DNA from: an uncultured Prevotellaceae bacterium
Lineage (GTDB): Bacteria > Bacteroidota > Bacteroidia > Bacteroidales > Bacteroidaceae
DNA: 34,891 nucleotides
NCBI GenBank assembly: GCA_946415695.1
Contig: CAMKTM010000001.1
Span: 1 to 34,891 of the forward strand
Direction of reading: 5' to 3'
Made by a program: the position numbers and the translations under genes. A model generated the notes under the pieces. That model ran no database searches. It saw only the letters and a list, made by a program, of their open reading frames with translations, and was not told the origin of the DNA. The first letter of the stretch is position 1. The number at the start of each line of letters is the position of its first letter. Positions 23,964 to 32,360 of the stretch are shown here, one piece after another.

Positions 23964-25175
23964 CTAACTGGTCTTGATGTTGGCCTGTACTGTGGCGTTG
24001 GGCGACTTGGTGTAGGTGCCGTCCACTTTGATGCCGTAGGAGTACTTGCCCTTGTTGGCGATGCGTATGGTTCCGGCATTGACGGTCAGGTTGCCCTTCA
24101 CTTTTATGCCCATGCAGCGGCTGTCCTCCTCGGTCTCTTCGTCCTCGTAGGTGGTGCCTGTGGCTTGTATCTGGATGAGTGTCGTGCTCACGCTCTCGTC
24201 CACGAGCATGTTGCCAGCCACTTGGATGCCTCTGCTGCCGTTGCCGGAAGCGATGATCTGGAATGTTCCGCCGTTGATGGTCAGGTCGCGGGGGACTTTG
24301 ATGCCTTTGGTGGTGATGCCCGTTGCGGCGATGTTCAGCGTGCCGGCACAGATGCGCATCAGTCCGTTATCCTCCTTGCTGGGGTCGGGCGTGACATCGT
24401 CGTCGAGCGTCACGGCTTCCACTTGCAGCCCGTCGCCCGCCTGCCCGGTGAGCGTCACCTTGCCGCCGTTCATCAGGAAGTACTGCCCGATGTGCATGGC
24501 GTCGTTGATGGCTTTGTTGACGGTGATGCTGCCAGTGCTTTTCTTCAGCTCCATGTACTCTTTTGTGGCGATGCCGTGTCTGGTGTTACCGGTGACGGTG
24601 AGCGAGCCGCCGCCGGACACTTCGAGGTGCCCTTTGCAGTAGAGCGCTGCTTTCTGCTGGCCGCCAGCCGCATCGGCAAGGAAGTTTTCGGTGCCATCAA
24701 CAAGTATCAGGTCAACGCGCTTGCCGCACTGAATGTCGATGGCAGCGCCTTTGTTGCTCTTGAGGTTAAGGCCGCCCAGGTAGATCTTGCTCTTGAGTGG
24801 GGCTTCGTAGGTGAGCGACCCTTGTGTGCTGGAACCCTGCACGACTATTTCGAGTTCGCTTTTCGTGTTAGTGCTGACAATCTTGACGTGTGCTCCCTTG
24901 ATGGTGTCTGTGACGTTTGCCGCGTGCCCGAGGTCAACGTAAGCCGTGTCGCCGGCGTATGTGACGGTGATGGTATGCACGATGGTGATGCTGTCCACCG
25001 TGGCGCAGTCGTACGATGTTTCGCCTACGGTAAAGGTAGAACCTCCCTCGGAAAATGTCACTTCCGAAGTGGTGAAGCGCGTGCTGTTGCCGTCCTTGAA
25101 GACGCGAATCTGCTCCTGTGCGTACGCTAAAACGGCGGAGCAAAGGAACAAACTTGCGAGGTATAGTCTTTTCAT
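23964..25175 (-). CDS. secreted beta-helix repeat protein (carbohydrate-binding Cthe_2159/DUF4353-like)
   Basis: Signal peptide MKRLYLASLFLCSAVLAYAQ. It has repeated turns of the type LEVSGGGSLTVTG, FLMNGGKVTLTG, LTINGGTFQIIASG and LTVNAGTIRIANKG. Confidence 0.7.
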   Translation of the reverse strand: MKRLYLASLFLCSAVLAYAQEQIRVFKDGNSTRFTTSEVTFSEGGSTFTVGETSYDCATVDSITIVHTITVTYAGDTAYVDLGHAANVTDTIKGAHVKIVSTNTKSELEIVVQGSSTQGSLTYEAPLKSKIYLGGLNLKSNKGAAIDIQCGKRVDLILVDGTENFLADAAGGQQKAALYCKGHLEVSGGGSLTVTGNTRHGIATKEYMELKKSTGSITVNKAINDAMHIGQYFLMNGGKVTLTGQAGDGLQVEAVTLDDDVTPDPSKEDNGLMRICAGTLNIAATGITTKGIKVPRDLTINGGTFQIIASGNGSRGIQVAGNMLVDESVSTTLIQIQATGTTYEDEETEEDSRCMGIKVKGNLTVNAGTIRIANKGKYSYGIKVDGTYTKSPNATVQANIKTS

Positions 25176-25216
25176 GGTGTTTTTGCTAAAAGGATTGAAT
25201 GATGAAGAGTGGTATG

Positions 25217-25672
25217 TTACTTCCTGAGCTTAATGATTGTGTCGCCCATGCGGACGATATAGACGCCTGCTGGAAGGTTAGCGAGGCTGACGTTAGCACC
25301 TTCCTTCACGTTGGCGATGCTGACGAGCGCTCCGGCTGCGTTGTAGATGCACAGGAAGCCGTCGCCCTTGACGGACAGCGTGCCGTCTTTGTAGGTCAGG
25401 TTCTCGGCTCCCTCCGGCAAGGCTTCGATGTCAGTTGATTCCCCTTTTTGGGTGAAAGTAATCTTGCTCAATAAAGAGATGGGATAAGTCTCCTTGCCTT
25501 CGGTCGTGGTGACTACGACATTTCCTTCCTCGAAGGAAATTCTCTGAACTGTGGGCAGGGGAATGTCGTCGAACGTGTTGCTGTAGGAAATGGTGAGGTA
25601 ATTGTAATTCTCGGCCATCATGTTTGTGCTGACCATAAGCAGCAGGGCTGCCAAAATGTTTTTTGTCTTCAT
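25217..25672 (-). CDS. small T9SS C-terminal-sorting-domain protein (151 aa)
   Basis: It has a signal peptide. The C-terminal 60-70 aa (FLCIYNAAGALVSIANVKEGANVSLANLPAGVYIVRMGDTIIKLRK) match the T9SS type-A sorting-domain pattern. Confidence 0.75.
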   Translation of the reverse strand: MKTKNILAALLLMVSTNMMAENYNYLTISYSNTFDDIPLPTVQRISFEEGNVVVTTTEGKETYPISLLSKITFTQKGESTDIEALPEGAENLTYKDGTLSVKGDGFLCIYNAAGALVSIANVKEGANVSLANLPAGVYIVRMGDTIIKLRK

Positions 25673-25695
25673 ATTATTATAATGATAGTGTTTGC

Positions 25696-26631
25696 TCAGA
25701 AGCTATATTTGTAGCCGATGTTGATGGCGTGGCGCCTGTCGTGGACACGCTCGACAACTTCTTCGTCAGTGTCGTAAATGTCGAAGGTGATGACGTAGGA
25801 GAGGGACACTTCGTTGCGCTTGCGGAACTTGTAAGAGAGTCCGGCTGCGGCACGAACCTTCTGCAGAAGCATGTGGTCGCCTTTGCGGACACTGTTGTGC
25901 GCCTCGGCGGAGATGAAGGGCGAGAAGGGGTTGCGCTTCTTGTCGAATTCAAGTTTGATGCGCGAGCGCAGCACTTGGTCGGTATAGGCGGGGATGTTCT
26001 TCGTATCCCACACTCCTGTCGGTTCTCCTTCTGGGACGTTATAGGTATAAACCACTTCCGGGTCGGCCCAGTTGGCGGGGTCGAACGGGTCGTCGGGGTT
26101 GCCTTCCGGATAAACCAAATCCACTTTTGTTGTATATTCCTGACGATACTTGTAGCGGTCGATGTTGCGCTCTCTGCGATGCGTCAGCTGGTAACGCTCT
26201 CGGACAGATATCTTGAGCCAGTTCCACACCTTGATGCTGCCTGTGGCTTCCACGCTGAAGCGATGGCGGGGAAACCAATACTCCGGATAAAGGTTGTAGC
26301 CGATATGGTAATTGTCGGGGTTTTCCTCAATGTTGTTCTTCTCATTGCGCTTTTCTGGCCTGTAGGAATGGAGATAATTGTAGCCGATGCCAAGCTTGAG
26401 ATACTTGCAGACCTTGTAGCTCGTGCTGAGCCCTGCGGAGAATCGTGCTTTGTCCTGAGCGCGGTACTCCAGGTCCACCCCGACGTCCCATTTCTTGTTA
26501 ATGGCTTTCTCTACGCCAATCTCTGCCCAGACACCGACGTCGTCGCTGCCCTCCTGTGCCATTAAAGGAGCAAGGGGCAGGGAGCAAGGGGCGAGGAACA
26601 GAGTGGCGAGTATGGTTTTGCGCAGTGTCAT
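25696..26631 (-). CDS. outer-membrane beta-barrel protein (possibly DUF2490-like)
   Basis: It has a signal peptide and alternating beta-strand pattern, and ends in the terminal aromatic ...INIGYKYSF. Its start overlaps the upstream gene's stop by 4 nt. Confidence 0.6.
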   Translation of the reverse strand: MTLRKTILATLFLAPCSLPLAPLMAQEGSDDVGVWAEIGVEKAINKKWDVGVDLEYRAQDKARFSAGLSTSYKVCKYLKLGIGYNYLHSYRPEKRNEKNNIEENPDNYHIGYNLYPEYWFPRHRFSVEATGSIKVWNWLKISVRERYQLTHRRERNIDRYKYRQEYTTKVDLVYPEGNPDDPFDPANWADPEVVYTYNVPEGEPTGVWDTKNIPAYTDQVLRSRIKLEFDKKRNPFSPFISAEAHNSVRKGDHMLLQKVRAAAGLSYKFRKRNEVSLSYVITFDIYDTDEEVVERVHDRRHAINIGYKYSF

Positions 26632-27341
26632 GTGCGTGGCATTTTAATCATTTCTTCTATGCTGTTGCCGCGGTCGGATGGTTCGTCGTAGAAGATGCGA
26701 ATCATGCAGGCGTCCTTCAGGAAGTCGATGGTGCCAACCTCAAGGCGTTGTATCTTCAAGCCCGTACGCTTTTCCAGGTCGGCCTTCAGCTCGTCGCGCT
26801 TGTCGGGAGCGACAAGGGAGACATTGTCGTACAATATGTATTTGCTGCAGCTTGTGCTGACCAGTTTGCTGCTTTCATAGAGCCATGCCATGGCCAGGAA
26901 GACGAGGTTGACAAAGACAATGGTGACGATGCCGAATCCGTCCCAATAGTCTGCCTTGGGATGATACTCGGCGCGGCTGAGGGCATTGACCACGCTCACG
27001 GCAATAAGCATGAAGAGGTATGTCATTTCTCGGATGGGCACCGCTTCCGTGCGGAAGCGCATGATGCCGAAGATGGCGAACAGGCCCATCGCAGCTCCGA
27101 GGTTCATGCCGTCGCCTTCCATCAGGCTGACAAGCAGGAAGATGCTCATGGACATCAGGATAAAGATGAACATGTAGTCGCGGCGATGGCTGCGGGGATA
27201 GTAGAAGCAGCGTGCAATGATTGTCACCACCACGAGGTTGATGACGAAACGCATCACGAGAGAAATGAAGTGCTGGGGGTCGAAGAGCGTCAAGCCTATC
27301 ATGTTGCCCAGCTGATAGTTAATGTCGTTGAAGAAATCCAT
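26628..27341 (-). CDS. DUF4956-type multi-pass inner-membrane protein
   Basis: The 237-aa protein has an N-terminal half with four or more hydrophobic helices (VINLVVVTIIARCFY, YMFIFILMSMSIFLLVSLM, LGAAMGLFAIFGIMRF, YLFMLIAVSVVNAL) and a soluble C-terminal domain. The family call rests on my recollection of DUF4956 and its usual pairing with VTC-domain genes. Confidence 0.6.
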   Translation of the reverse strand: MDFFNDINYQLGNMIGLTLFDPQHFISLVMRFVINLVVVTIIARCFYYPRSHRRDYMFIFILMSMSIFLLVSLMEGDGMNLGAAMGLFAIFGIMRFRTEAVPIREMTYLFMLIAVSVVNALSRAEYHPKADYWDGFGIVTIVFVNLVFLAMAWLYESSKLVSTSCSKYILYDNVSLVAPDKRDELKADLEKRTGLKIQRLEVGTIDFLKDACMIRIFYDEPSDRGNSIEEMIKMPRT

Positions 27342-27368
27342 ATATTATTAGTTTTTGTTTTTACGCTT

Positions 27369-28148
27369 TTAGTTTGCCTGAAGTTTCTGCCCGGCCAGTC
27401 TGCCGAGCTTGACGAGGCGTGCTTTGAAAAGGTTCTGTTTGAGTCCCTTGTTTGTCATGACCGAGCCGATGCAGTATTTGCTGAAGCCGCTTGGCTTGAT
27501 GCGGAGCTGGCGGAGGATGTCGAGGACGGGGCTGAAGACATTGCCGTCGCGTTTGAGCTCGATGATGACGAGTGGCCCTACGTTGGCATCTTTGCCTGTC
27601 TCCAAGTTATGGAACTGCACGTCGTAGTCGATGGTCAGTCGTTCCGTCTTGCCATAGTTGACGAGTGTGATGCGGTGGAACTGGTTTCGGACCGTAGGAT
27701 GAATGTCCGCAAGGCTGAGGTGCACGCGCTCTTGCAGGAACTCTTCGTTGCCGTTTTCGCCGGTTATCTGCTGGTCGGGCACTGCCACGCGCTTCTTCTT
27801 CGTGCGGCCGTGGTTGTTTTTTGTCTTTATCTCGAGGAAGGTGTCGTGACTGTCCATGTAGGTCCTGACGCGCACTTTTTGCCTTGGGGCACGGCCGTTG
27901 TGGTGTTCCATGTAGAAGCGGTGCTCGTCCGTATCCCAGTAGGTTGTCATGTAGTTGGCAATCTTGCCGCCGTTATGGAATTGCGCATAGTACTTGCCTT
28001 GTGCCAGCTTCAGCAGCTTCACGAGGTTTTCCTTGTTCGTCACGAACTTTGTGTCCGTGCGGTTCATCAGACGGATTTCTTTCATCTCTTCCAGCGTGAT
28101 GGGCTTCAGATTTGTCAGTAATTCGTCTATGCGAGCATCAATTTCCAT
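27369..28148 (-). CDS. VTC-domain (triphosphate-tunnel, polyphosphate-polymerase-like) protein
   Basis: The start is placed at the internal Met MEIDARIDELL (cat at 28146-28148). Alternating charged strand motifs typical of CYTH/VTC tunnels are present: NRTDTKFV, RQKVRVRTY, FLEIKTK and VIIELKRD. Confidence 0.7.
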   Translation of the reverse strand: MEIDARIDELLTNLKPITLEEMKEIRLMNRTDTKFVTNKENLVKLLKLAQGKYYAQFHNGGKIANYMTTYWDTDEHRFYMEHHNGRAPRQKVRVRTYMDSHDTFLEIKTKNNHGRTKKKRVAVPDQQITGENGNEEFLQERVHLSLADIHPTVRNQFHRITLVNYGKTERLTIDYDVQFHNLETGKDANVGPLVIIELKRDGNVFSPVLDILRQLRIKPSGFSKYCIGSVMTNKGLKQNLFKARLVKLGRLAGQKLQAN

Positions 28149-28170
28149 TCTTTTTATATAGATTACGTGA

Positions 28171-28178
28171 CAAATGTA
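28171..28178 (-). promoter_or_regulatory. candidate -7 box (TACATTTG on the minus strand) for the VTC operon
   Basis: Plus-strand caaatgta lies 23 nt upstream of the ATG at 28148. Confidence 0.5.
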
Positions 28179-28232
28179 GCCTTTTTTGCGCAAATATCGT
28201 TGCATGGTTTTGTTTTTTTAACGAAAAAACTC

Positions 28233-28240
28233 TACTTTTG
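28233..28240 (+). promoter_or_regulatory. candidate -7 box TACTTTTG for frr
   Basis: Exact TAnnTTTG match 52 nt upstream of the ATG at 28292. Confidence 0.5.
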
Positions 28241-28291
28241 CTAAACGAATTAGCATAAAATCACATTATAAACTCTTAAAATCGTTGGAAT

Positions 28292-28852
28292 ATGATAGAT
28301 GTAAAGGAAACTCTTGGCTTGGCCGAAGAGAAAATGGAAGAAGCCGTGTTGTACCTTGAAGAGGCGTTGGCACACATTCGTGCCGGCAAGGCTAATGTGA
28401 AGATTCTGGACGGTATTCGTGTCGATAGTTATGGCAGCCTTGTGCCTTTGAATCAGGTGGCTGCGGTCATAGCTCCCGACCCGCGCACCATCACTATCAA
28501 GCCTTGGGACAAGAACATGTTCCGTCCCATCGAGAAGGCCATCATGGACAGCAACGTGGGCATTACGCCCGAGAACAACGGCGAGATTATCCGTCTGGGC
28601 ATACCTCCTTTGACGGAGGAACGCCGTAAGCAGCTTGCCAAGCAGTGCGGCAAGGAGGGCGAACAGGCCAAAGTGAGCATCCGCAATACGCGTCGCGACA
28701 TCATCGAGAAGCTCAAGAAGGGCGTTAAGGACGGTCTTTCCGAGGACCTCGAGAAGGATGCCGAAGGCGACATGCAGAAGATGCACGACAAGTACATTAA
28801 GAAGGTGGACGAATTGCTGGCAGCCAAGGAGAAGGAGATCATGACGGTATAG
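28292..28852 (+). CDS. frr: ribosome recycling factor
   Basis: The 186-aa sequence reads ...[32 protein letters not shown]...TIKPWDK...[10 protein letters not shown]...IRNTRRD, colinear with Frr. Confidence 0.93.
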   Translation: MIDVKETLGLAEEKMEEAVLYLEEALAHIRAGKANVKILDGIRVDSYGSLVPLNQVAAVIAPDPRTITIKPWDKNMFRPIEKAIMDSNVGITPENNGEIIRLGIPPLTEERRKQLAKQCGKEGEQAKVSIRNTRRDIIEKLKKGVKDGLSEDLEKDAEGDMQKMHDKYIKKVDELLAAKEKEIMTV

Positions 28853-28868
28853 TTAATTCATAATTAAG

Positions 28869-28952
28869 AATTCATAATTCATAATTACTCGTTTTCGCTT
28901 TGGATAACGTCCCGAGGCGCAGCCATCAATTATGAATTATGAATTATGAATT
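28869..28952. repeat. hairpin with 18-bp heptamer-repeat stems between frr and rsgA
   Basis: aattcataattcataatt (28869-28886) is the reverse complement of aattatgaattatgaatt (28928-28945, or in the shifted register 28935-28952). The loop carries the core aggcgcagc (28914-28922). Confidence 0.8.
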
Positions 28953-28954
28953 GA

Positions 28955-29965
28955 ATGAAGGGTCTCGTCGTAAGGAACACCGGCAGTTGGTACACCGTTC
29001 AGGCGGACGACGGCCGGCTCTACGAATGCAAGGTGAAAGGCAACTTTCGCCTCAAAGGCATCCGTAGCACCAGTCCTGTGGCCGTTGGTGATGTTGTCAC
29101 CATCATCCCGCAGCCAATGGTCAATGCCCAAAGTCCTTCGCAAAGCTCAGGCGCAGCAATGGTCAATGGTCAATGGTCAATGGTCAATGACCAACTCCCC
29201 ACTGCGTTGATTGACGGCATCGAGGATCGCCGCAACTACATCATCCGTCGGGCCTCGAACCTGTCGAAGCAAAGCCATATCATCGCGGCAAACGTGGATA
29301 TGGCTGCTCTTATAGTGACTATTGCGCATCCCGAGACGAGCACCACTTTCATCGACCGCTTTCTGGCCAGCGCTGAGGCGTATCGGGTGCCCGTCCTCAT
29401 CATCTTCAACAAGACAGACCTGTATGGTGAAGAGGAGAAGAAGCGGCTCGAAGCGCTGGTAGCGCTGTATCGCAGCATCGGCTACCTCTGCCTGACCTGT
29501 TCCGCTGAGAATGGCGACGGCATCGGCGAACTGCAAGTCGAGCTTCAGGGCAAGACAACCTTGCTCAGCGGCAACAGTGGGGTGGGCAAGAGCACTCTGC
29601 TCAACCTGCTTGTTCCCGAAGCATGTGCCAGGACGGCAGAGATCAGTGCGGCTCACGATGCGGGAATGCACACGACGACTTTCTCGCAGATGTACTTCTT
29701 GCCTCAAGGTGGAGCACTCATCGACACACCGGGCATCAAGGGCTTCGGCACCTTCGACATGGAGCGCGAAGAAGTGTCGCACTACTTCCGCGAGATATTC
29801 AGGACCTCCGACGGTTGCCGCTTTGGCGACTGCACGCACACGCATGAACCCGGATGCGCCGTCTTGAAGGCTGTGGCAGAGGGAAGCATCGCCGAGAGCC
29901 GATACCTGAGTTTCCTTTCCATGCTCGACGATAAAGATGAAGACAAATACCGTGGAGCCAATTAA
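28955..29965 (+). CDS. rsgA: ribosome small-subunit-dependent GTPase A, carrying an in-frame repeat-derived insertion
   Basis: It shows the circularly permuted GTPase order NKTDL, then [12 protein letters not shown], then DTPGIKGF, and the C-terminal zinc motif [16 protein letters not shown]. Confidence 0.9.
   Translation: MKGLVVRNTGSWYTVQADDGRLYECKVKGNFRLKGIRSTSPVAVGDVVTIIPQPMVNAQSPSQSSGAAMVNGQWSMVNDQLPTALIDGIEDRRNYIIRRASNLSKQSHIIAANVDMAALIVTIAHPETSTTFIDRFLASAEAYRVPVLIIFNKTDLYGEEEKKRLEALVALYRSIGYLCLTCSAENGDGIGELQVELQGKTTLLSGNSGVGKSTLLNLLVPEACARTAEISAAHDAGMHTTTFSQMYFLPQGGALIDTPGIKGFGTFDMEREEVSHYFREIFRTSDGCRFGDCTHTHEPGCAVLKAVAEGSIAESRYLSFLSMLDDKDEDKYRGAN
29158..29192 (+). repeat. heptamer tandem repeat AATGGTC x4 plus AATGACC inside the rsgA CDS
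   Basis: Read directly. It is preceded by the core aggcgcagc (29149-29157). A shorter copy, cgcagc-caatggt-caatgcc, lies at 29109-29128. Confidence 0.9.
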
Positions 29966-29967
29966 TC

Positions 29968-30052
29968 CGGCAGGGGGCGTTCGTTGCTTGTACATGTACG
30001 TGCAATTGCAAGTACATGACCATGCAATTGCAAGTACATGACCATGCAATCA
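29968..30052. repeat. composite palindromic repeat (GTACATGTAC / GCAATTGC family), copy 3
   Basis: ggcagggggcgttcgttgcttgtacatgtacg is followed by the exact 22-nt tandem gcaattgcaagtacatgaccat at 30002-30023 and 30024-30045. The leader ggcagggggc.ttc.ttgcttgtacatgta matches copy 1 (13376-13405). Confidence 0.9.
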
Positions 30053-30090
30053 ACGCACCCGTGCAAAACGTGTAATTTAATGTTCCAAAG

Positions 30091-30891
30091 ATGAAACCTC
30101 TCAATGTGATAAAAGTAGGTGGCGGCGTGGTGGAAGATGCCGCATCTCTCGCTTCGTTGCTCGACCAGTTTGCGGCGATGGAAGGTCGAAAAGTGCTTGT
30201 TCATGGCGGCGGCCGTCTGGCAACGTCGATGGCGTCGAGCCTGGGCATAGAGAGCCGCATGGTGGGCGGAAGGCGCATCACGGATGCCCCGATGCTCGAA
30301 GTCGTGACGATGGTCTATGGCGGCTTGGTGAGCAAGAACATCGTGGCGGGCCTGCAGGCAAGAGGCGTCAGAGCCATCGGCCTGACGGGTGCCGACGGCG
30401 ACGTCATCCGTAGCCACAGGCGTCCTCTGAAGCGTGTCAAGACGGACGACGGCACTGAGCAAATGGTCGATTTCGGCTTTGTGGGCGACGTCGATAAGGT
30501 CGATGCCCGTTTGCTCATGAAGTTTATCGAGGAAGGAATGGTGCCGGTGATGGCTCCGCTGACGCACGACGGCGAGGGCAATATCCTCAACACCAATGCC
30601 GACACGATAGCGGGCAGCGTGGCCTGCGCACTTGCTGAACATTACGATGTCACCCTGACCTTCTGTTTCGAAAAAGCAGGCGTGCTCCGCAATGCCGACG
30701 ACGACAGCAGCGTCATCCCCCTTATCACCGAGGAACAGGCAAGCCGCCTGATAGCAGACGGCATCATCTCGGGCGGCATGATACCGAAGATAGAGAACGC
30801 CTTCAGCGCCATCCATCGGGGCGTCAGGCAGGTCGTGATTACGAACTCGGAAGATGTCAGGGGAAAGAACGGAACAACGATAAAAAGGTAA
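30091..30891 (+). CDS. argB: acetylglutamate kinase
   Basis: VIKVGGGVVED, LVHGGG, RITD, MVYGGLV.K.IV and GGMIPKIENA are amino-acid-kinase/ArgB blocks. Confidence 0.88.
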   Translation: MKPLNVIKVGGGVVEDAASLASLLDQFAAMEGRKVLVHGGGRLATSMASSLGIESRMVGGRRITDAPMLEVVTMVYGGLVSKNIVAGLQARGVRAIGLTGADGDVIRSHRRPLKRVKTDDGTEQMVDFGFVGDVDKVDARLLMKFIEEGMVPVMAPLTHDGEGNILNTNADTIAGSVACALAEHYDVTLTFCFEKAGVLRNADDDSSVIPLITEEQASRLIADGIISGGMIPKIENAFSAIHRGVRQVVITNSEDVRGKNGTTIKR

Positions 30892-30975
30892 AAAGGGGCA
30901 AGGAGCAAGGAGCAAGAGAACACCAACCCTCGCAGCTATCCTCCTGCTCCATGCCCCTTGCTCCTTGCCCCTTTT
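30891..30975 (+). terminator. 20-bp-stem hairpin plus T-run (GGGGCAAGGAGCAAGG element, copy 2)
   Basis: aaaaggggcaaggagcaagg (30891-30910) is the exact reverse complement of ccttgctccttgcccctttt (30956-30975). Confidence 0.8.
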
Positions 30976-31036
30976 AAGACATTTTTCACTTAAACTGTAA
31001 CTTTTTCCTTCTTCAATCGTCTTCATAAGTAGAGAG

Positions 31037-31540
31037 ATGGATAATGTCAGCTTCCGAACCACCGTATTGCCGCTGAGCGACAGGCTTTTCCGCCTTGCCC
31101 TGCGCATTACGATGAACAGAGCAGAGGCTCAGGACGTGGTGCAGGACACACTCCTCAAGGTGTGGGAGCAACGCAGCCAATGGGAGCAGATAAACAATCT
31201 CGAAGCCTTCGCCATCGCCACTTGCAGAAACAGGGCGCTCGATGTGCTGAAACGTGCGGGCCGCAACACAAAGTCCCTCGACGAAGTTGACGATGTGCAT
31301 TCCCCAATGCCCAACGTGCAGTCATCGATGGAAACCCGCGAAGAAATCTCCCTCGTCCGCAGCCTCATGGACGGCCTGCCAGAAGTGCAGCGCACCATCA
31401 TGCTCTTGCGCGACATCGAAGGCAAGACCTATCAGGAGATAGCCCAGGCGCTCAGCATCAGCGAGACACAAGTGAAGGTCTATCTCCACAGGGCAAGGAC
31501 GAAGATAAAAGAGAAGGTAAAGGTGAAAATGAAAAATTGA
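31037..31540 (+). CDS. RNA polymerase sigma-70 factor, ECF subfamily
   Basis: Region 2 is EAQDVVQDTLLKVWE. Region 4 is the HTH YQEIAQALSISETQVKVYLHRARTKIKE. Confidence 0.88.
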   Translation: MDNVSFRTTVLPLSDRLFRLALRITMNRAEAQDVVQDTLLKVWEQRSQWEQINNLEAFAIATCRNRALDVLKRAGRNTKSLDEVDDVHSPMPNVQSSMETREEISLVRSLMDGLPEVQRTIMLLRDIEGKTYQEIAQALSISETQVKVYLHRARTKIKEKVKVKMKN

Positions 31541-31599
31541 GAATTGAAAGGTGAAAGTTGAGAGTTGAAAATGGAAGGTTGAAAGTTGAAAGTTGAAGG
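31515..31599 (+). repeat. degenerate heptamer tract (about 12 units of GTTGAAA type) running through the sigma-factor stop codon
   Basis: ...aggtgaa aatgaaa aattgag aattgaa aggtgaa agttgag agttgaa aatggaa ggttgaa agttgaa agttgaa gg. The stop codon is at 31538-31540. Confidence 0.8.
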
Positions 31600-31692
31600 C
31601 GGTAGCAAATTCTTCATTCTTCATTCTTCATTTAAAGAGAGCGGTAGCAAATTCTTAACTCTTATTTCTTAATTCTTAATTAAAAATAGACA

Positions 31693-32190
31693 ATGGACTA
31701 TAAATATATAGAACAACTGTTGGAGCGTTACTGGGAATGCCAGACGACTCTTGAGGAAGAGGCCATCCTTCGGAACTTCTTCCGTCAGGCTGACGTGCCT
31801 GCAAGTCTGCTCCGCTATCGCCAACTCTTCAACGAGGAAGACAAAATGGCAGATGAGCATCTGAGTGAAGACTTCGCAGACAAGATGCTCCGGATGATTG
31901 GCGAAGAATCAACCCAGCCCCATTCAAGGGGAGTGAAGGCTCGCCGCCTGACCGTAGTGCGCCGCATGCGTCCCTTCTACAGGGCTGCTGGCCTGGTGGC
32001 AATCCTCCTCACCATCGGCAATGCCGCTCATCAAAGCTTCATCGACGAGGAAGAGACAACGGCATCAACTCAAATGGCCGAGACAATTCCTGCCGACAGC
32101 ATAGAAGGCATCAAGGCGGGAAGCCCAGACAAGCAGTCGGCTGCCCTTGCCCCACAACCGCTCGACACGCTCGACGCATTCACAAGATAA
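31693..32190 (+). CDS. putative anti-sigma factor / single-pass membrane protein
   Basis: It lies immediately downstream of the ECF sigma gene. The N-terminus has IEQLLERYWECQTTLEEEAILRNFF, and there is one TM segment (FYRAAGLVAILLTIGNAA). The call rests on position and architecture only. Confidence 0.5.
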   Translation: MDYKYIEQLLERYWECQTTLEEEAILRNFFRQADVPASLLRYRQLFNEEDKMADEHLSEDFADKMLRMIGEESTQPHSRGVKARRLTVVRRMRPFYRAAGLVAILLTIGNAAHQSFIDEEETTASTQMAETIPADSIEGIKAGSPDKQSAALAPQPLDTLDAFTR

Positions 32191-32273
32191 GATTTTTGCT
32201 TTTCATAACTATAATAAACAATCAATTGTGCTGTAAACTTTGTTTCTCTCAAAACATTAACTAACAGCCAACA

Positions 32274-32303
32274 AAAAGGAGCAGCCGTGAGGTTGCTCCT
32301 TTT
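32274..32303. terminator. bidirectional rho-independent terminator
   Basis: aaaaggagca (32274-32283) pairs with tgctcctttt (32294-32303) across a 10-nt loop, between the convergent anti-sigma and MFS genes. Confidence 0.8.
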
Positions 32304-32360
32304 GGTTGTTCAAGGCATTGTGGACCGTTTGCCCTTTGATGCCATACGACCAATCAGTGT

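Noticed and set aside
30002-30050. 22-nt exact tandem repeats considered as a mini-CRISPR array.
   Set aside because: The units are directly adjacent with no spacers, there are only about 2.2 copies, no cas genes are present, and the same blocks occur as palindromes elsewhere. This is a REP-like repeat and not a CRISPR array.
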